Positions 40,656 through 50,598 of a stretch of 64,000 nt of DNA are shown one piece after another; the first letter of the stretch is position 1; the number at the start of each line of letters is the position of its first letter. Made by a program: the position numbers and the translations under genes. The DNA is from an uncultured delta proteobacterium. GTDB taxonomy: Bacteria > Desulfobacterota > Desulfobaccia > Desulfobaccales > 0-14-0-80-60-11. The stretch is from assembly GCA_963812015.1 (NCBI GenBank), contig CAWETI010000003.1, positions 1,056,001 to 1,120,000 of the forward strand, given 5' to 3'. The notes below the pieces were generated by a model, which worked only from the letters and a program-made list of their open reading frames with translations, was not told where the DNA came from and searched no databases.

Positions 40656-41651
40656 TTATAGCTTCCGCCCGTGGGCCAGGCAGCGCCGGGCTTCGGCTAT
40701 CAGTTCCCGGCGGTAGTTCCGGGTGAGATAGAGGTTTCGGGCGATGCGCAACTCCGCCAGGGCCATGTAAAAGGGGTTGAGGCCATAGACGCGGCGAGTC
40801 AAAGCGGGGTCAAGGTCCATGGCCGTCAGGTAGGCCCGGAGAAATTGCCGGATGCCTTCTTCGGCCCCATGGAAATTTGAGGTTCGCCAGCCCCAGGCAT
40901 GTTTCAGTTCCCCGGCCACCCAGGACAGGTCCCAGAGGCGGTCGGCGGCGCGCAGCCGCTCCAGGTCCAGGGCCACGGCCCGGCCGTCGGGGAAGAGAAA
41001 GTTGGTGGGGGTGGCGTCGCCGTGAATCAGCACCTGCCGGTCGGGAAAATCCCGGAAGCGTTCCTCCCAAGCGCCGCGCTCGTGGGCCAGGGCCCGGCAG
41101 TCATCCCGGCTCAACAGGCCCGCCGCCTCTAACTGCCCCATCACCTTGTCCAGATAGGCCAGGGCGGGGTCGAGCAAAACCGGGCTGACCGGCACCGGCC
41201 GGGAGTGAAAAAAGGCCAGCAGGTGGGCCAGTTTTTCCAGACCCCGGGAGAGGGGCGCCGGGTCCCCGCCGACACTGGCCTTGAGCACGAGATGATCCAG
41301 GTCCGGGCCGGGTACGGCCTCCAGCAAGAGGCCCAGGGACCTCTCTGGCCAGCGGCCCAGGAGCCGGGGTACCAGGCGGCGGCCGTTGCCGAGGCCCAGG
41401 GCGGGGAGTTCCATATAGTTGGCATATTCCCGGGCCAGGCTTACATCCGAGGCAAGCTGGGGGGGATAGGCGGAAAAAAATTTCCCCACCACCGCGTAGT
41501 CGCCTTCCGGGAAGGTGAAGCGCAGCACCCGGCGGGAGGACCGCAGCGGTTCGACATACACCTCCCCGGCCGGGGGGTGAGAATCAGCTTCAGGCCCCAA
41601 GAGTTGCCGGAGGGCCCGGGCCAGGGGATCAGCGGCGGGTAACCGGGTCAT
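40656..41651 (-). CDS. Aminoglycoside phosphotransferase-family kinase
   Basis: IHGDATPTNF, LDLE; ATGA overlap with the activase stop. Confidence 0.8.
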   Translation of the reverse strand: MTRLPAADPLARALRQLLGPEADSHPPAGEVYVEPLRSSRRVLRFTFPEGDYAVVGKFFSAYPPQLASDVSLAREYANYMELPALGLGNGRRLVPRLLGRWPERSLGLLLEAVPGPDLDHLVLKASVGGDPAPLSRGLEKLAHLLAFFHSRPVPVSPVLLDPALAYLDKVMGQLEAAGLLSRDDCRALAHERGAWEERFRDFPDRQVLIHGDATPTNFLFPDGRAVALDLERLRAADRLWDLSWVAGELKHAWGWRTSNFHGAEEGIRQFLRAYLTAMDLDPALTRRVYGLNPFYMALAELRIARNLYLTRNYRRELIAEARRCLAHGRKL

Positions 41652-42619
41652 GGCTGTTCCCGGGCCGCTTCCAGGGCGCAGCCCAAGGCGCCGTTGAATT
41701 GGGGGTGGGGCGGCACCACCACCTGATAATCGCCAAGGTCTCCCAACAGTTTCACCACGGCCCGGTTTTTGGCCACGCCCCCCACAAAGACCAGAGTGGG
41801 GCAGCGGTAGCGGCGTACCATGGCCAGGGCCCGGCGGGCCACGGAGGCGTTGACCCCGGCGGCGATGCGGGCGGGCGCCATCCCCTCCAGGAGGTGGCCC
41901 ACCAGTTCGGTTTCCCCAAAAATGGCGCAGGTCTGGGAGATGTCCGCCGGGTCCCGCCAGTGCCCCGCAAATTCCGTCAGGGGCATCTTGAGGAACCGGG
42001 CCATGTTTTCCAGGTAGCGCCCGGTGCCCGCGGCGCAACGGTCGTTGGTGAGAAAATCGAAGACCCGGCCCTCCCGGATATAGAGGACCTTGGTGTCCTG
42101 GCCCCCCATCTCCAACAGGATGAAGTGGTCCAGGCCCGTGACCCACCGGGCCCCCAGGAAATGGGCCCGGATTTCGGTGATGGTGGGGAAATGGGCCTTG
42201 AGGAGGTCCTTGCCATACCCCGTGGCCACCAGGGCCTCAGGGGGGGCCAGCCCCAGCCGGTCCCAATCGATGGACAACTGCCCTGCGGCCCGGACCAGAT
42301 AATCCCGGTAAAAGATGATGCTGTCCAGCTTCCGCCGCCCCCAAGCGCCCCGCCCCCGGGAATAGACCAACTTCACCGCCCGGCTGCCAAAGTCCAGGCC
42401 ATAGGTGAGCTTTTGAGAAGTGCGGGGGGAGGGGGCCAGGGGCGGACAGCCCCCTCCCCCGAGCCCCCTCCCCCAACCCCTTAAGGTTAGGCTTGAGCCG
42501 GAGAAGTCGGAGCCGACTTCTCCGGCGACCTTAAGCGGGTTGGGAGGGGGGATTGGGGGGAGGGGAGGGACCCCCGGTCCCTGGCCCTCCCCCCAAACTC
42601 TCTTAAGGCCGCAGGACAT
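41648..42619 (-). CDS. 2-hydroxyacyl-CoA dehydratase activase (HgdC/BadF ATPase family) with an in-frame 70-aa repeat-derived insert
   Basis: GLDFGS, ATGYG, EMGGQDTK, NDRCAAGTGR, TCAIFGE, GGVA. Confidence 0.85.
   Translation of the reverse strand: MSCGLKRVWGEGQGPGVPPLPPIPPPNPLKVAGEVGSDFSGSSLTLRGWGRGLGGGGCPPLAPSPRTSQKLTYGLDFGSRAVKLVYSRGRGAWGRRKLDSIIFYRDYLVRAAGQLSIDWDRLGLAPPEALVATGYGKDLLKAHFPTITEIRAHFLGARWVTGLDHFILLEMGGQDTKVLYIREGRVFDFLTNDRCAAGTGRYLENMARFLKMPLTEFAGHWRDPADISQTCAIFGETELVGHLLEGMAPARIAAGVNASVARRALAMVRRYRCPTLVFVGGVAKNRAVVKLLGDLGDYQVVVPPHPQFNGALGCALEAAREQP
42424..42594. repeat. Family A-related palindromic element with a 14-bp perfect inverted-repeat core, inside the activase ORF
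   Basis: GCCGGAGAAGTCGG-AG-CCGACTTCTCCGGC (42497-42526) flanked by G/C-tract arms. Confidence 0.75.
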
Positions 42620-43610
42620 CGACGAAGGCCTCCAGGCGCATACGGGTGCGGGAATCGAGGGGGGTAGGGCGGTCCCCTTCGATGGTCAGGATAGGGAGGG
42701 GCAGTTGGTCCCTGAGGATCTGGTCGAACATCTGGCGGAAGCAGAAGCTCTGGGTGTAGTGCACCAGGCCGTCCAGGCGGCGGGTGGCCGCAGCCTCCCG
42801 GAGGTCCGCCAGGCGGCCCCAGATATCGTAGGGATAGGTATAGCGCAGGTATTGGTCCACCAGGTCGGCAGTCTCATAGGGCATGCTGAATTGCCGGGGA
42901 AATTCATGGAAGACCACGGCGGCGCCCAGTTCTTCCAGGTAGGCCCACAGGTCGGTGAAGATGGGCGGGATGCCGGCAAACCCCAGGCGCACCCGGCCAT
43001 TGGCCGGCGGCCGGCGCTCCGCCTCCTGGAGAAAAGCCGTAAGCTGTTGCTCGTAGGCGGTAAGGTCCGAGGCAAAATCCGAGGTGGCGATGAGCCACTG
43101 AAAATTCTCCCGGCCGCTTACCTGGCCGGTCTCCCAGGTGAGGCGGTCCAGGCGGCGCAGCTGCCGGCGCAGCGGCGCCAGGCGGGCCTGCACCCGGGCC
43201 ACCGCGTCGGGGGTGGCGCCAAGGCGGGCCATCAGGGTGGTGATTTCCCGGGCCAGTTGCTCCCGGTCCCGGGGATAGGGGAACTTGAAGTGGATGACCT
43301 CGATGGCCTCGGCCGTGAGGATTTCTCCCAAGGCCTGGGTATTGGAGCAGTCCCCCTGGCAGGCGGCGATGACCGCCCGGATCTCCGGGTGGGCCTTGAG
43401 AGCGGCATAGATCCCCTTGATCCAGGCGCAGAGGGTGCGGGGCAAGCCGGCGGCCTCGGCCTGGCTCACCCGGGCCAGGGCCGCAGGATCGGCAATGAAC
43501 AGGTTGTTCAGATCCACCGGGGTCAGGCCCGCGGCCAGCACCACCTCCACCGGGATAGTAGTGGTCAGGCCCAGCCGGGCGCCGGGAACGAAAGGCGAGG
43601 ATTGGCGCAT
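42603..43610 (-). CDS. 2-hydroxyacyl-CoA dehydratase family protein (HgdB/FldB-like)
   Basis: TTIPVEV, LCAWIKG, GDCSN, HYTQSFCFR, IEGD...RLEAF. Confidence 0.85.
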   Translation of the reverse strand: MRQSSPFVPGARLGLTTTIPVEVVLAAGLTPVDLNNLFIADPAALARVSQAEAAGLPRTLCAWIKGIYAALKAHPEIRAVIAACQGDCSNTQALGEILTAEAIEVIHFKFPYPRDREQLAREITTLMARLGATPDAVARVQARLAPLRRQLRRLDRLTWETGQVSGRENFQWLIATSDFASDLTAYEQQLTAFLQEAERRPPANGRVRLGFAGIPPIFTDLWAYLEELGAAVVFHEFPRQFSMPYETADLVDQYLRYTYPYDIWGRLADLREAAATRRLDGLVHYTQSFCFRQMFDQILRDQLPLPILTIEGDRPTPLDSRTRMRLEAFVDVLRP

Positions 43611-43622
43611 GACGTCACTCTA

Positions 43623-44327
43623 TCAAGGCACTTCGCCTTCCTGCAAGTTAACTTCCTGCAAGCCTCCGGTTTCGGAGAGGCTGCGGATCACCTGCTTGAA
43701 AATTATCGTATCCTTGCTCTGCAGGTGTATGCGATAGGTCGTCAGGTTACTGGGCGGCTCCAGGGTATAGTTGATGAACTGGATGCTGATGCGATAGCTT
43801 TTGAGGATCTGCCTGATCCGGTCCAGGGGGTCCTCCACCCCGTGATATTTCAAGGTCAGGATGGTGAACAGATCGTGGGCGAAGATCTTTTTAATGAGGC
43901 GCAGGGCGTATAGGATAATTATGCTGATCATTGCGGCAAACAGGGCCGGGATGAGATACCCGGCGCCGATGGCCAGGCCGAGACCGGTGACCAGCCAGAG
44001 GCCCGCGGCGGTGGTCAGGCCCCGCACCGAGCCTTTGCCGGTGATGATGGCGCCGGCCCCGAGAAAACCCATGCTGGCGATGGCATAGGAGGCGATCCGG
44101 GCCGGGTCCAGCCGCACCACCGATTGGTCCACGGCCAGGTGCCGATGGATTTCCTCCATTTCCAGGGACAGCATCATCATGAGGCAGGAGCCCACGGCGA
44201 CCAGGATGAAGGTCCTGAGCCCCGCGGCCTGGCCATGGGCCTCCCGTTCAAAGCCGATGGCCGCTCCGACGAGAGCGGCGATGATCAGCCTGGCCAACTC
44301 CCAGGTAACATGGTTCAAGTCCCACAT
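43623..44327 (-). CDS. MgtC/SapB family membrane protein
   Basis: IGFERE...AGLRT, DPARIAS, GFLGAG, GLTTAAGLW. Confidence 0.9.
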   Translation of the reverse strand: MWDLNHVTWELARLIIAALVGAAIGFEREAHGQAAGLRTFILVAVGSCLMMMLSLEMEEIHRHLAVDQSVVRLDPARIASYAIASMGFLGAGAIITGKGSVRGLTTAAGLWLVTGLGLAIGAGYLIPALFAAMISIIILYALRLIKKIFAHDLFTILTLKYHGVEDPLDRIRQILKSYRISIQFINYTLEPPSNLTTYRIHLQSKDTIIFKQVIRSLSETGGLQEVNLQEGEVP

Positions 44328-44449
44328 AATCCACTCCTTGGCGTGCCATTGACATTAATCCCCGGAAGGGGAGGTAAAGGCGCAGGCGGGCAAAAAGGGG
44401 CGGCCGGGGTATTGATCCGAAGAGGGCAGGAAAGGGTTTTAAGCCGCAT

Positions 44450-45679
44450 TCAGATAAAACTCCGGCTACAGCAGCGGGCGCATCCGGGGAAGAGACGGCG
44501 GACAATGATCTGCCGGAAGCTGCGCATCTTGGGACCATTCCAAATCTCCTGAAACGGTTGGGTCGCGATATTGCCGGCCGCCAGGTGGAGGCAAGGCGAG
44601 ACGGTGCCGTCAGGCAAAATCCGTGAGCCCTTCCACGGGGCGCTGCACACCTGGGGGAAGGGATGGGTCAGGTCCAGGTAATAGGGTTCCAGGAGTTCCA
44701 GGGGCAGGTTCGGCAAAAAGAGGAGCTTCACCCGGCCTTTGGCCAGTCGCCGGACCTCCTGGAGCTTGTCCAGCAATTGTGGCAGGTCGGTGGGGGTGAT
44801 TGCGCTCTCATAGTATTCGCCTTCGGGGATGGAGGGGGGGGTCAGGTCCAGTCCCTGGCTGGCCGCAAACTCAGGGGACAGCGCCCGGTTGTGACGCTGG
44901 ACGTTGGCGGCGGTATTGAAGATGGTGTGCTGAATCTGGAGGATATCCGCCCCCAACTCGTGGGCCAGGGGGACCATCTGATCCAGGGTGGCCAGGCTGG
45001 CTTTGGAAATGACACAATTGACCCCGATGATGGGACCGGGGGAGCGCTGCCGGTTCCGGGCGGCCACCAAGGCCTTGATGCCGGCGCAGGTTTTCCGGAA
45101 GACCCCCTCCTGTCCCCGGATGGCGTCATGGACCTCGGGGGGGCCGTCCAGGGAGACCGTCACCAACTCCACGCCCTGGGACACCAGGGTGTCGGCCACC
45201 CGGTCCAGCAAGGTGCCGTTGGTCTGGAGCTGCACCACAAAGCCCCGCTGTTTGGCTGCCTTGATGAATTCAGGGAAATGGGGGTACAAGGTGGGTTCGC
45301 CGCCGGTGAGATAGAGCCGGGGCCGGAAGGCAGCCACCTGATCCAGGAGGTTGAGCCAGATGGAGAGGGGCAGCTCCTGGCGGGGGTCATACCAGCTCAG
45401 CCCGGTGGGGCCGGGAGTGTGGCGGTGCTGCTCGCACATGACGCATTTCAGGTTGCAGCGCCGGGTGAGGTGGAGGTTGAGATTCGCCGGCGGGCCGCTC
45501 CATCCATTTCGGAAGCGGCGGTCCAGGGCAATGCCGAAGTTACGGCGGTAGGCCTCCCTCAGCAGGTTGTAAACCCAGCGGGGGTTTTGCCACATGAGCT
45601 GCAAGGCCCGGGTGGACAGAGAGTGCCTGGGGGAAGCCGGGGCGGTTTGACGCCCCGGGTCTAATGGCCGAGTCGGCAT
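44450..45679 (-). CDS. Radical SAM/SPASM-domain protein
   Basis: CNLKCVMC, TGGEP, TNG, SLDG; C-terminal CSAPW...GTVSPC...CARCC. Confidence 0.85.
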   Translation of the reverse strand: MPTRPLDPGRQTAPASPRHSLSTRALQLMWQNPRWVYNLLREAYRRNFGIALDRRFRNGWSGPPANLNLHLTRRCNLKCVMCEQHRHTPGPTGLSWYDPRQELPLSIWLNLLDQVAAFRPRLYLTGGEPTLYPHFPEFIKAAKQRGFVVQLQTNGTLLDRVADTLVSQGVELVTVSLDGPPEVHDAIRGQEGVFRKTCAGIKALVAARNRQRSPGPIIGVNCVISKASLATLDQMVPLAHELGADILQIQHTIFNTAANVQRHNRALSPEFAASQGLDLTPPSIPEGEYYESAITPTDLPQLLDKLQEVRRLAKGRVKLLFLPNLPLELLEPYYLDLTHPFPQVCSAPWKGSRILPDGTVSPCLHLAAGNIATQPFQEIWNGPKMRSFRQIIVRRLFPGCARCCSRSFI

Positions 45680-45832
45680 CGGTTATCTCACCTCAATACC
45701 ACAAGTCATGGCCCGGGGGCCACAACCAAAGATGCAGCGATCTGGTGGCGGGCCCGGAAGCCCACCCCACCCTTAAAGGGCGGTATTCGCCGTGGAGACG
45801 GGCGTCCCTGGCCCCCATCCATCTGGAAAGCC

Positions 45833-46516
45833 TCACTGCCGCCGGCCGAAGATGGCGGTGCCCACCCGGACCAGGGTGGCCCCTTCTTCCACCGCGACCG
45901 CGAAATCGCCGGACATGCCCATGGAGAGTTCCGGCAGGGGCAGGCCGCTCAGGCCCCGCAGCCGGTCCCGCAGTTCCCGCAAGCTCCGGAAGTAAGGGCG
46001 CGCCGCCTCCGGATCGGAAAACCACGGCGGCATGGTCATCAGGCCTAAAAGACGCAGGTGGGGGAGCCGGGCGACCTCCTGGACCAGTTCCCTTGCTGCT
46101 TCCGGCGCCACCCCGGATTTCGTGTCTTCGCCCCCCTGATTGACCTGGATGAGGACGTCCTGGACCTTGCCCAGCCGGGCCGCGGCGCTATCCAGGGCCC
46201 GGGCCAGTTTGCCCCGGTCCACCCCGTGGATCAGGTCGAAGAGTTCCACGGCGGGTTTGGCCTTGTTGGTTTGCAGATGGCCCACCAGATGCCAGCCCAC
46301 CTGCCGCCCCAGGATGTCGATCTTGTCCTTGGCCTCCTGAAGATAGTTCTCCCCAAAAAGGTTTTGGCCCGCGTCAATGGCGGCCCGAATCCGGTCCAGG
46401 TCCACGGTCTTGCTCACCGCTACCAGGCGCACCTCGCCGGGGTCCCGGCCGGCTCGCCGGCAGGCCTCGGTTATGGCGTTCCGAACTTCTGCCAGATTTT
46501 GGGCGATTTGGGTCAC
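45833..46516 (-). CDS. yggS: PLP homeostasis protein
   Basis: LVAVSKT, FGENYLQE, GHLQTNK, LSMGMSGD, VRVGTAIFG. Confidence 0.95.
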   Translation of the reverse strand: MTQIAQNLAEVRNAITEACRRAGRDPGEVRLVAVSKTVDLDRIRAAIDAGQNLFGENYLQEAKDKIDILGRQVGWHLVGHLQTNKAKPAVELFDLIHGVDRGKLARALDSAAARLGKVQDVLIQVNQGGEDTKSGVAPEAARELVQEVARLPHLRLLGLMTMPPWFSDPEAARPYFRSLRELRDRLRGLSGLPLPELSMGMSGDFAVAVEEGATLVRVGTAIFGRRQ

Positions 46517-46603
46517 GGCAGTTCCGGCTCTTATCGTTCAGCCAAAAAGGATAGAAAATTGGCTAAGCGGTGGGGGGTCAGCTGAAATGACTTGCTAATG
46601 CAT

Positions 46604-47188
46604 CTACAAAATATAGGTATTTCCAAATTCATAGCCAATGAAATTAGAACCTCCATCGTGTTTTTCACCGACATGTAAAAGGCGCGGAGTCGGGAATAAC
46701 TCTCCTTCTTCAGCTTTTTCTTTGTAAAGATAAAGAACCATAATGAATAATCCGCTTACCGCATTAAGAGCATTTTTTAGATTGGCCTGATGATATTCAG
46801 CGTCCCTGTGATGTTTTATTTTGTTATAGGCAGTCCACCAGTCAGGTGGATTATTTGGCACATTCCAATTACTCCATGGGGCTAGCGTTAGGCCATATCT
46901 CGGCAGCAAAACTTTAAAATCAGGAATAGTAGGGTAAGATGCCAGGATTTCATTCTGGTAGGGGTGTATCCGGTCTGCAGAGGACCTTGGATTCAGTTTT
47001 TTACAGATTTGTTTGCACACAACGTCGACTTCTGCCCCCGATGTCAGTAAAATTCTTGAAATTTCTATTGAAAAACAGTCGAAGTTCCTTTCGTCAAACT
47101 CAATAAATCTGGATAAACGTCCCAAGTCACCTTCGATTGCAAGAAGGTAGTTCCAATGAGTTTCGATCTTTTTAAATGTGATAGCCAT
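46604..47188 (-). CDS. Hypothetical protein, lower GC than neighbours
   Basis: 194-aa ORF (HWNYLLAIE...WWTAYNKIKHHR) with AT-rich codon usage. Confidence 0.75.
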   Translation of the reverse strand: MAITFKKIETHWNYLLAIEGDLGRLSRFIEFDERNFDCFSIEISRILLTSGAEVDVVCKQICKKLNPRSSADRIHPYQNEILASYPTIPDFKVLLPRYGLTLAPWSNWNVPNNPPDWWTAYNKIKHHRDAEYHQANLKNALNAVSGLFIMVLYLYKEKAEEGELFPTPRLLHVGEKHDGGSNFIGYEFGNTYIL

Positions 47189-47209
47189 GATTTAAACTGC
47201 TCACATAAT

Positions 47210-47276
47210 GTAGGGTGGGCATCGCCCAACAATAATTGAAGACAGATTAATCTATGGCGGGCAGTGCCCGCCCTAC
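47210..47276. repeat. Inverted GTAG-REP doublet (REPIN-like)
   Basis: GTAGGGTGGGCATCGCCCAAC ... GGCGGGCAGTGCCCGCCCTAC. Confidence 0.7.
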
Positions 47277-48074
47277 ATATTCCTCTAAAACTTCTTCCTC
47301 TGTCAACCCGAAGACCGCCAGGGTATTCTCCCAGGTCTGAGCCGCCACCTCCTCCAGGGTCAGGCCCCGGATATCGGCCAGCTTCTGGGCCGTGGCCACC
47401 ACATAGGCCGGTTCATTCCGCTTGCCCCGCCAGGGTTGGGGAGTCAGATAGGGACAGTCGGTCTCCACCAGGATCCGGTCCAGGGGGACTTTCTGAGCCA
47501 CCTGGCGCAAAGGGTCGGCCTTGGGGTAGGTCAGAGGTCCGGCAAAGGAGAGGTAAAAACCCAGGTCCAGAAAGGCGTGGGCCTCCGTCAGACTCCCCCC
47601 GAAACAGTGCATGACGCCGCCGGCCAGGCGGCCTCGGTAATCCTGGAGGATCGACAGGGTGACGGGGGTGGCCTCCCGGGTGTGGATAACCACGACTTTT
47701 TTATGGGCGATGGCGAACTCCAATTGCTGGCGGAACCAGTACTGCTGGACCTCTTCCGGCGAGCGGCGCCGATAGAAATCCAGCCCGATCTCCCCGATGG
47801 CAACGACTTTGGGGTCCGCAACCAGGGGGACCAGGGCCTCCAGGTCCGCCTGGGTCATGGCGCCGGCGCCGTGGGGATGGACCCCGATGACGGCGACGAT
47901 GCCGGGAGACTGCTGTGCAGTGGCGATAACCTGGGGGGCGTCGGCCAGACCGATGGCCACGTTGATCACCAGGCGCACCCCGGCCTGCCGGGCCCGGCGC
48001 AGGACCGCGGCTTGGTCGGGAAAGTGATCCTCCAGATCCAAATGTGCGTGAGAGTCAGCCAGGCGGATAGTCAT
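47247..48074 (-). CDS. tatD: TatD-family hydrolase
   Basis: DSHAHL, GVHPH, IGEIGLD, IHTRE, HCF, ETDCPYL, RNEP. Confidence 0.92.
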   Translation of the reverse strand: MTIRLADSHAHLDLEDHFPDQAAVLRRARQAGVRLVINVAIGLADAPQVIATAQQSPGIVAVIGVHPHGAGAMTQADLEALVPLVADPKVVAIGEIGLDFYRRRSPEEVQQYWFRQQLEFAIAHKKVVVIHTREATPVTLSILQDYRGRLAGGVMHCFGGSLTEAHAFLDLGFYLSFAGPLTYPKADPLRQVAQKVPLDRILVETDCPYLTPQPWRGKRNEPAYVVATAQKLADIRGLTLEEVAAQTWENTLAVFGLTEEEVLEEYVGRALPAID

Positions 48075-48148
48075 ATCTTCAAGCTTGTGGACAATTTCCC
48101 TCTGCATGGTAAAATATACGAAATTTCTCCGGGCTGCAAGGAGAGGTA

Positions 48149-48985
48149 GTGGCCGCCAGGGTTTTTGCTCTTGTTGTTGTCGGATGGCTCGTGTTAGGGG
48201 CAGCTCTGTCAGCGGGGGCGGCGGGTTTGACGCATACCCCCGTTCAATGGCAGGCAATCGGCCGGGGGCTTAACCTTACCCAGGTGGAGGTCCTCCAGGA
48301 TGGTGAGGTGGTATCCGGCCTGGCGGTGGTAAAGATCGACCCCGCTTCCAATTCGTTCCGGGTGTTTCACGGCTCGCCCCGGCCCATAACCAAGTGGCAG
48401 GAGGGGATCCAGGCCCCCATCGTGTTTAATGCCAGCTATTATAAAGGCGACGGCCAGCCCTGCGGCCTCATGATTGCGGACGGCAAGCCCATCGGCCCTT
48501 CCCGCAACCCGCAGATGCGGGGGATGTTCGTGGCGGAACCCCAGGGCATGTCCCCGGACCTGCCCCGGGCCACTATCCTGGATTTGCTCACCACCCCGAT
48601 TGACCCGAAAAAATTACCCTGGACCCAAGGAGTGCAATCCTTTCCGTTGTTGCTGGACTATAAAGGGAAGATCAGGGTAAGAAACAGCGAGAAAAGGTCC
48701 CACCGCACGGTGATCGCCACGGACCGCAACGGTAATATCCTGGTGTTCAACACCTCCAACAGATTTTTTACCTTGTATGAGTTTGCCGAGTTCCTGAAGG
48801 GGAGCGCCTTCGCTATTGATTCCGCCCTGAACCTGGATGGCGGCACGGAAGCGCAACTCCTGATCAAAACCAAGGATTTTGAGTTTTATTCTCCCCCAAC
48901 CTGGGAAAAATCCATCGGCAACCTCATCGATGAGCAGAAGTTCTGGTTGCCCAGTGTAGTGGGGGTGTTTCCGCACCCGGATTGA
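48149..48985 (+). CDS. Phosphodiester glycosidase (NAGPA) family exported protein
   Basis: Signal peptide, FNASYY, RTVIA, ALNLDGG. Confidence 0.75.
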   Translation: MAARVFALVVVGWLVLGAALSAGAAGLTHTPVQWQAIGRGLNLTQVEVLQDGEVVSGLAVVKIDPASNSFRVFHGSPRPITKWQEGIQAPIVFNASYYKGDGQPCGLMIADGKPIGPSRNPQMRGMFVAEPQGMSPDLPRATILDLLTTPIDPKKLPWTQGVQSFPLLLDYKGKIRVRNSEKRSHRTVIATDRNGNILVFNTSNRFFTLYEFAEFLKGSAFAIDSALNLDGGTEAQLLIKTKDFEFYSPPTWEKSIGNLIDEQKFWLPSVVGVFPHPD

Positions 48986-48990
48986 TCCCC

Positions 48991-49650
48991 ATGGCCAACT
49001 ACCTTATTCTGGGGGCCGGAAAATTTGGCCGGCTGGCCCTCGAACGCCTGACCCGGCTGGATACCGCCGGCAGTTTCCTGGTGGTGGATCGCGACCCGGG
49101 GGTTGGGGTTGACGGCGGTCCGGGCCGGCAGTGGGTGCAGGCAGAGGCCATCGCCTTTCTGGTGCAGCATCTGGGAACCGACTGCCGGTGGGACTGGATC
49201 ATCCCCATGGTGCCGGTGCATGTGGCCTATGGTTGGCTCATGGCGGGCCCCCTGGCCGGGTCGGCCTGGCGGCCGGCGGCGGTGCCGGAGGCATTGGCGG
49301 GTTTGGTTCCCGGGGCCCGGCGCGGTCCGGCAGGTGAGCTTTTTCTGAGCCGGGCCCAACACCTGTGCCCGGATGACTGCGCCGAACCGGAGGTCTGTCC
49401 CGTTACCGGGGAATCCCGGGAACCCTCGCTTCACCAGGAACTGGCCTCTCTCAATCTGGCCGGCTGGGAGATCAGGGTGATTCCCAGCCGGCAACTGGCC
49501 CCGGGGGTGGGGGGGTATCCCCCAGGGCGGTTGTTGGAACTAGCCCGGGATGTGGCCGCCCTTGAGGACAAAGTTTTGATCGCCACGGCCTGCCGCTGTC
49601 ACGGGGTCATACAGGGTCTGGCCAAGAGGTCTTATAGGAAGAATGTTTAA
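48991..49650 (+). CDS. Rossmann (TrkA-N-like) domain protein with Cys-rich C-terminus
   Basis: [34 protein letters not shown]. Confidence 0.7.
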   Translation: MANYLILGAGKFGRLALERLTRLDTAGSFLVVDRDPGVGVDGGPGRQWVQAEAIAFLVQHLGTDCRWDWIIPMVPVHVAYGWLMAGPLAGSAWRPAAVPEALAGLVPGARRGPAGELFLSRAQHLCPDDCAEPEVCPVTGESREPSLHQELASLNLAGWEIRVIPSRQLAPGVGGYPPGRLLELARDVAALEDKVLIATACRCHGVIQGLAKRSYRKNV

Positions 49651-50590
49651 CTTTTCCGGTATCTTAGGGTCATCGCCGCGTATCCGGGAGATTTTCCAGC
49701 TCCTGGAGATGGTGGCCCCTTCTGAGGCCACGGTGCTGCTCCTGGGAGAAACCGGGACCGGCAAAGAGTTGGTGGCCCAGGCCATCCACCGGAATAGTCC
49801 CCGGGCGGCGGGTCCCTTCGTGGCGGTCAACTGCGCCGCCTTGCCCGAAACTCTGCTGGAGAGCGAACTCTTCGGCCATGAACGGGGGGCCTTCACCGGG
49901 GCCACCAGCCGCAAAGACGGACGCTTCCTCCTGGCGAACCGCGGCACTTTGTTTCTGGATGAAATCGCTGAACTCAGCCTGCCCATCCAGGCCAAGATCC
50001 TCAGGGTCTTGCAGGCCCGGGAGTTCGAACCCCTGGGGAGCAATCGCACCCTGAAGGTGGAGGTGCGTATCATCGCGGCCACCAACCGGGACCTGGAAAA
50101 AATGGTCCGGGAGGGCCGGTTCCGGGACGACCTCTATTATCGTCTCAATGTGTTCCCCGTGGTGATGCCGCCTCTGCGGAAGCGCCTGGATGACCTGCCC
50201 GCCCTGGCGGAATTCTTCCTCAAGAAATACGGCGAGAAGAACCGACGGAAAGTTATCTCCCTGGCGCCAGAGGTGCTTGAGGCGTTCCGGCGCTTCCCCT
50301 GGCCGGGAAACATCCGGGAGTTGGAAAACGTCATTGAACGAGGCGTGATCGTCTGCCAGGGGGACGTCCTCACCCTGGAGGATTTGCCCCCGGCCTTGCA
50401 GCAACAGGGCGGTTGGCCGGCGGCGGACGACGAAACCGAGCCGGGATTGCCCGAACTGGAACGGCAATTGATCAGCCGCACCCTGGAGCGGGTGGCCGGC
50501 CAGCGCCGGCGGGCCGCTGAAATCCTGGGAATCTCCCTGGATGAATTGAACCTCAAGATCAGGTCCTATGGGCTGCAGGAGCGAGGCTAA
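49643..50590 (+). CDS. sigma54-dependent activator lacking an N-terminal sensor domain
   Basis: [37 protein letters not shown]-terminal HTH. Confidence 0.9.
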   Translation: MFNFSGILGSSPRIREIFQLLEMVAPSEATVLLLGETGTGKELVAQAIHRNSPRAAGPFVAVNCAALPETLLESELFGHERGAFTGATSRKDGRFLLANRGTLFLDEIAELSLPIQAKILRVLQAREFEPLGSNRTLKVEVRIIAATNRDLEKMVREGRFRDDLYYRLNVFPVVMPPLRKRLDDLPALAEFFLKKYGEKNRRKVISLAPEVLEAFRRFPWPGNIRELENVIERGVIVCQGDVLTLEDLPPALQQQGGWPAADDETEPGLPELERQLISRTLERVAGQRRRAAEILGISLDELNLKIRSYGLQERG

Positions 50591-50598
50591 ACCCGGCA

